Part shown: one piece after another, positions 63,351 through 64,000 of the stretch
Layout of the letters: every line of letters begins with the position of its first letter
How positions within the stretch are numbered: position 1 is the stretch's first letter
NCBI GenBank assembly: GCA_002633005.1
Contig: NMRA01000034.1
Location: forward strand, 767,766 to 831,765
From: Phoronis australis
Lineage: Eukaryota > Animalia > Phoronida
Direction of reading: 5' to 3'
Length of the DNA: 64,000 nucleotides
Position numbers and translations under genes: made by a program
Notes under the pieces: model-generated
The model's input: only the letters and a program-made list of their open reading frames with translations
Databases searched by the model: none
What the model was told of the DNA's origin: nothing

Positions 63351-63763
63351 TGCAAATCTTTGTTTTCATTGTATACTTGATTATACATGGTTACTAAAAG
63401 GAGCTTGAAACTGTTTTATTGTATAGTTGGTTAACAAGGTTACCAAAACAAGCTTAGGATGTGTTTTTGTTTTATAGTTGGTTACACATGGTTATTAAAA
63501 CAAGCTCGCAAATCTTTTCATTGTATAGTTGGTTACAGATAGTTACTAAAACTAGCTTGCAAATCTGTTTTCATCGTATAGTTGGTTACAGATGGTTACT
63601 AAACCAAGTTTGCAAATCTTTTTTCAGTGAATAGTTGGTTATAGATGGTTACTAAAACAAGTATGCAAATATTAATTGTATAGTGTTGTATAGTTGGTTG
63701 CAGATGTTTACTAAAAAAAGCTTCGAAATCTTTTTGACTGTTGTGTAGTTGGTTATACATAGT
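63351..63763. repeat. About 52-bp minisatellite, about 8 diverged copies, integrin intron 8
   Basis: Recurring TGTATAGTTGGTTACAGATGGTTACTAAAACAAGCTTGCAAATC. Confidence 0.9.
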
Positions 63764-63984
63764 GCCCAATGGTCATGGAAAGACCATTATCATAGGGTAA
63801 CATCTTATGAAAATTTCATCTAAACAAACTCTCCCTTTTCAACTCATATAGCCAGTGTGTGCATTCAAGTATTCTTGACAACTGCTATTACCATATATCA
63901 AGGTCCACCATAGGAAAGAGAAGGCTGTGGAATACTAAGAAACTTGAGTGTAGTTTTACGTTTTTTAGTAATCTTGTTTTTCAG

Positions 63985-64000
63985 GGCATAACTACAGCCA
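63985..64000 (+). CDS. Integrin alpha exon 9, truncated by the window end (GITTA...)
   Basis: Strong acceptor TCTTGTTTTTCAG ending 63984; open in phase 0. Confidence 0.6.

Larger units (their letters stand above)
29422..64000 (+). other. Integrin alpha gene span, PS1/laminin-binding class (ITGA3/6/7- and Drosophila mew-like); 3' part beyond the window
   Basis: Signal peptide then FNLEPRLAIVKEG...SYFGY; FG-GAP repeats (LLVGAP, MGAPG, VAGAPRA, LVVGAP); calcium-binding DLNSDGKDD loop; consistent GT-AG phases over 9 exons; no I domain. Confidence 0.93.

Noticed and set aside
63351-63763. CRISPR-like regularly spaced repeats
   Set aside because: Eukaryotic intron, the whole unit repeats with no unique spacers, and no cas genes; it is a minisatellite.
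1-64000. tRNA, rRNA, snRNA genes and the remaining short ORF-track entries
   Set aside because: No cloverleaf or recognisable RNA gene seen by eye; the other 60-120-aa ORFs lack motifs or splice context and are expected by chance.

Overview
AT-rich, intron-rich animal genomic DNA, most likely a heterozygous invertebrate bilaterian draft assembly (48-nt N gap at 6680-6727; single n at 4244, 10088, 31265). Four protein-coding genes form two head-to-head pairs. (1) PSMC3IP/HOP2, minus strand, 9 coding exons, 283-10591, 213 aa, divergent from (2) a C2H2 zinc-finger gene with one coding exon (13915-16119, +). (3) BLOC1S1/GCN5L1, minus strand, 29035 down to 24186 with a possible extra terminal exon at 19524-19537, whose ATG lies 386 bp from (4) a PS1/laminin-class integrin alpha (+, from 29422; 9 exons visible, 26-kb first intron, runs off the window). 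Introns carry many non-autonomous transposons: Harbinger-like and P-like MITEs, Kolobok-like TTAA elements (one with a THAP relic), a foldback element, nested Helentron-type HINEs rich in CTCF-consensus motifs, and Penelope-type ends with minimal hammerhead ribozymes. Segment 4245-6679 looks like an alternative haplotype scaffolded in tandem, which would explain an apparently duplicated HOP2 exon. All calls were made by eye; no searches were run, and comparisons with human and fly genes are from memory.
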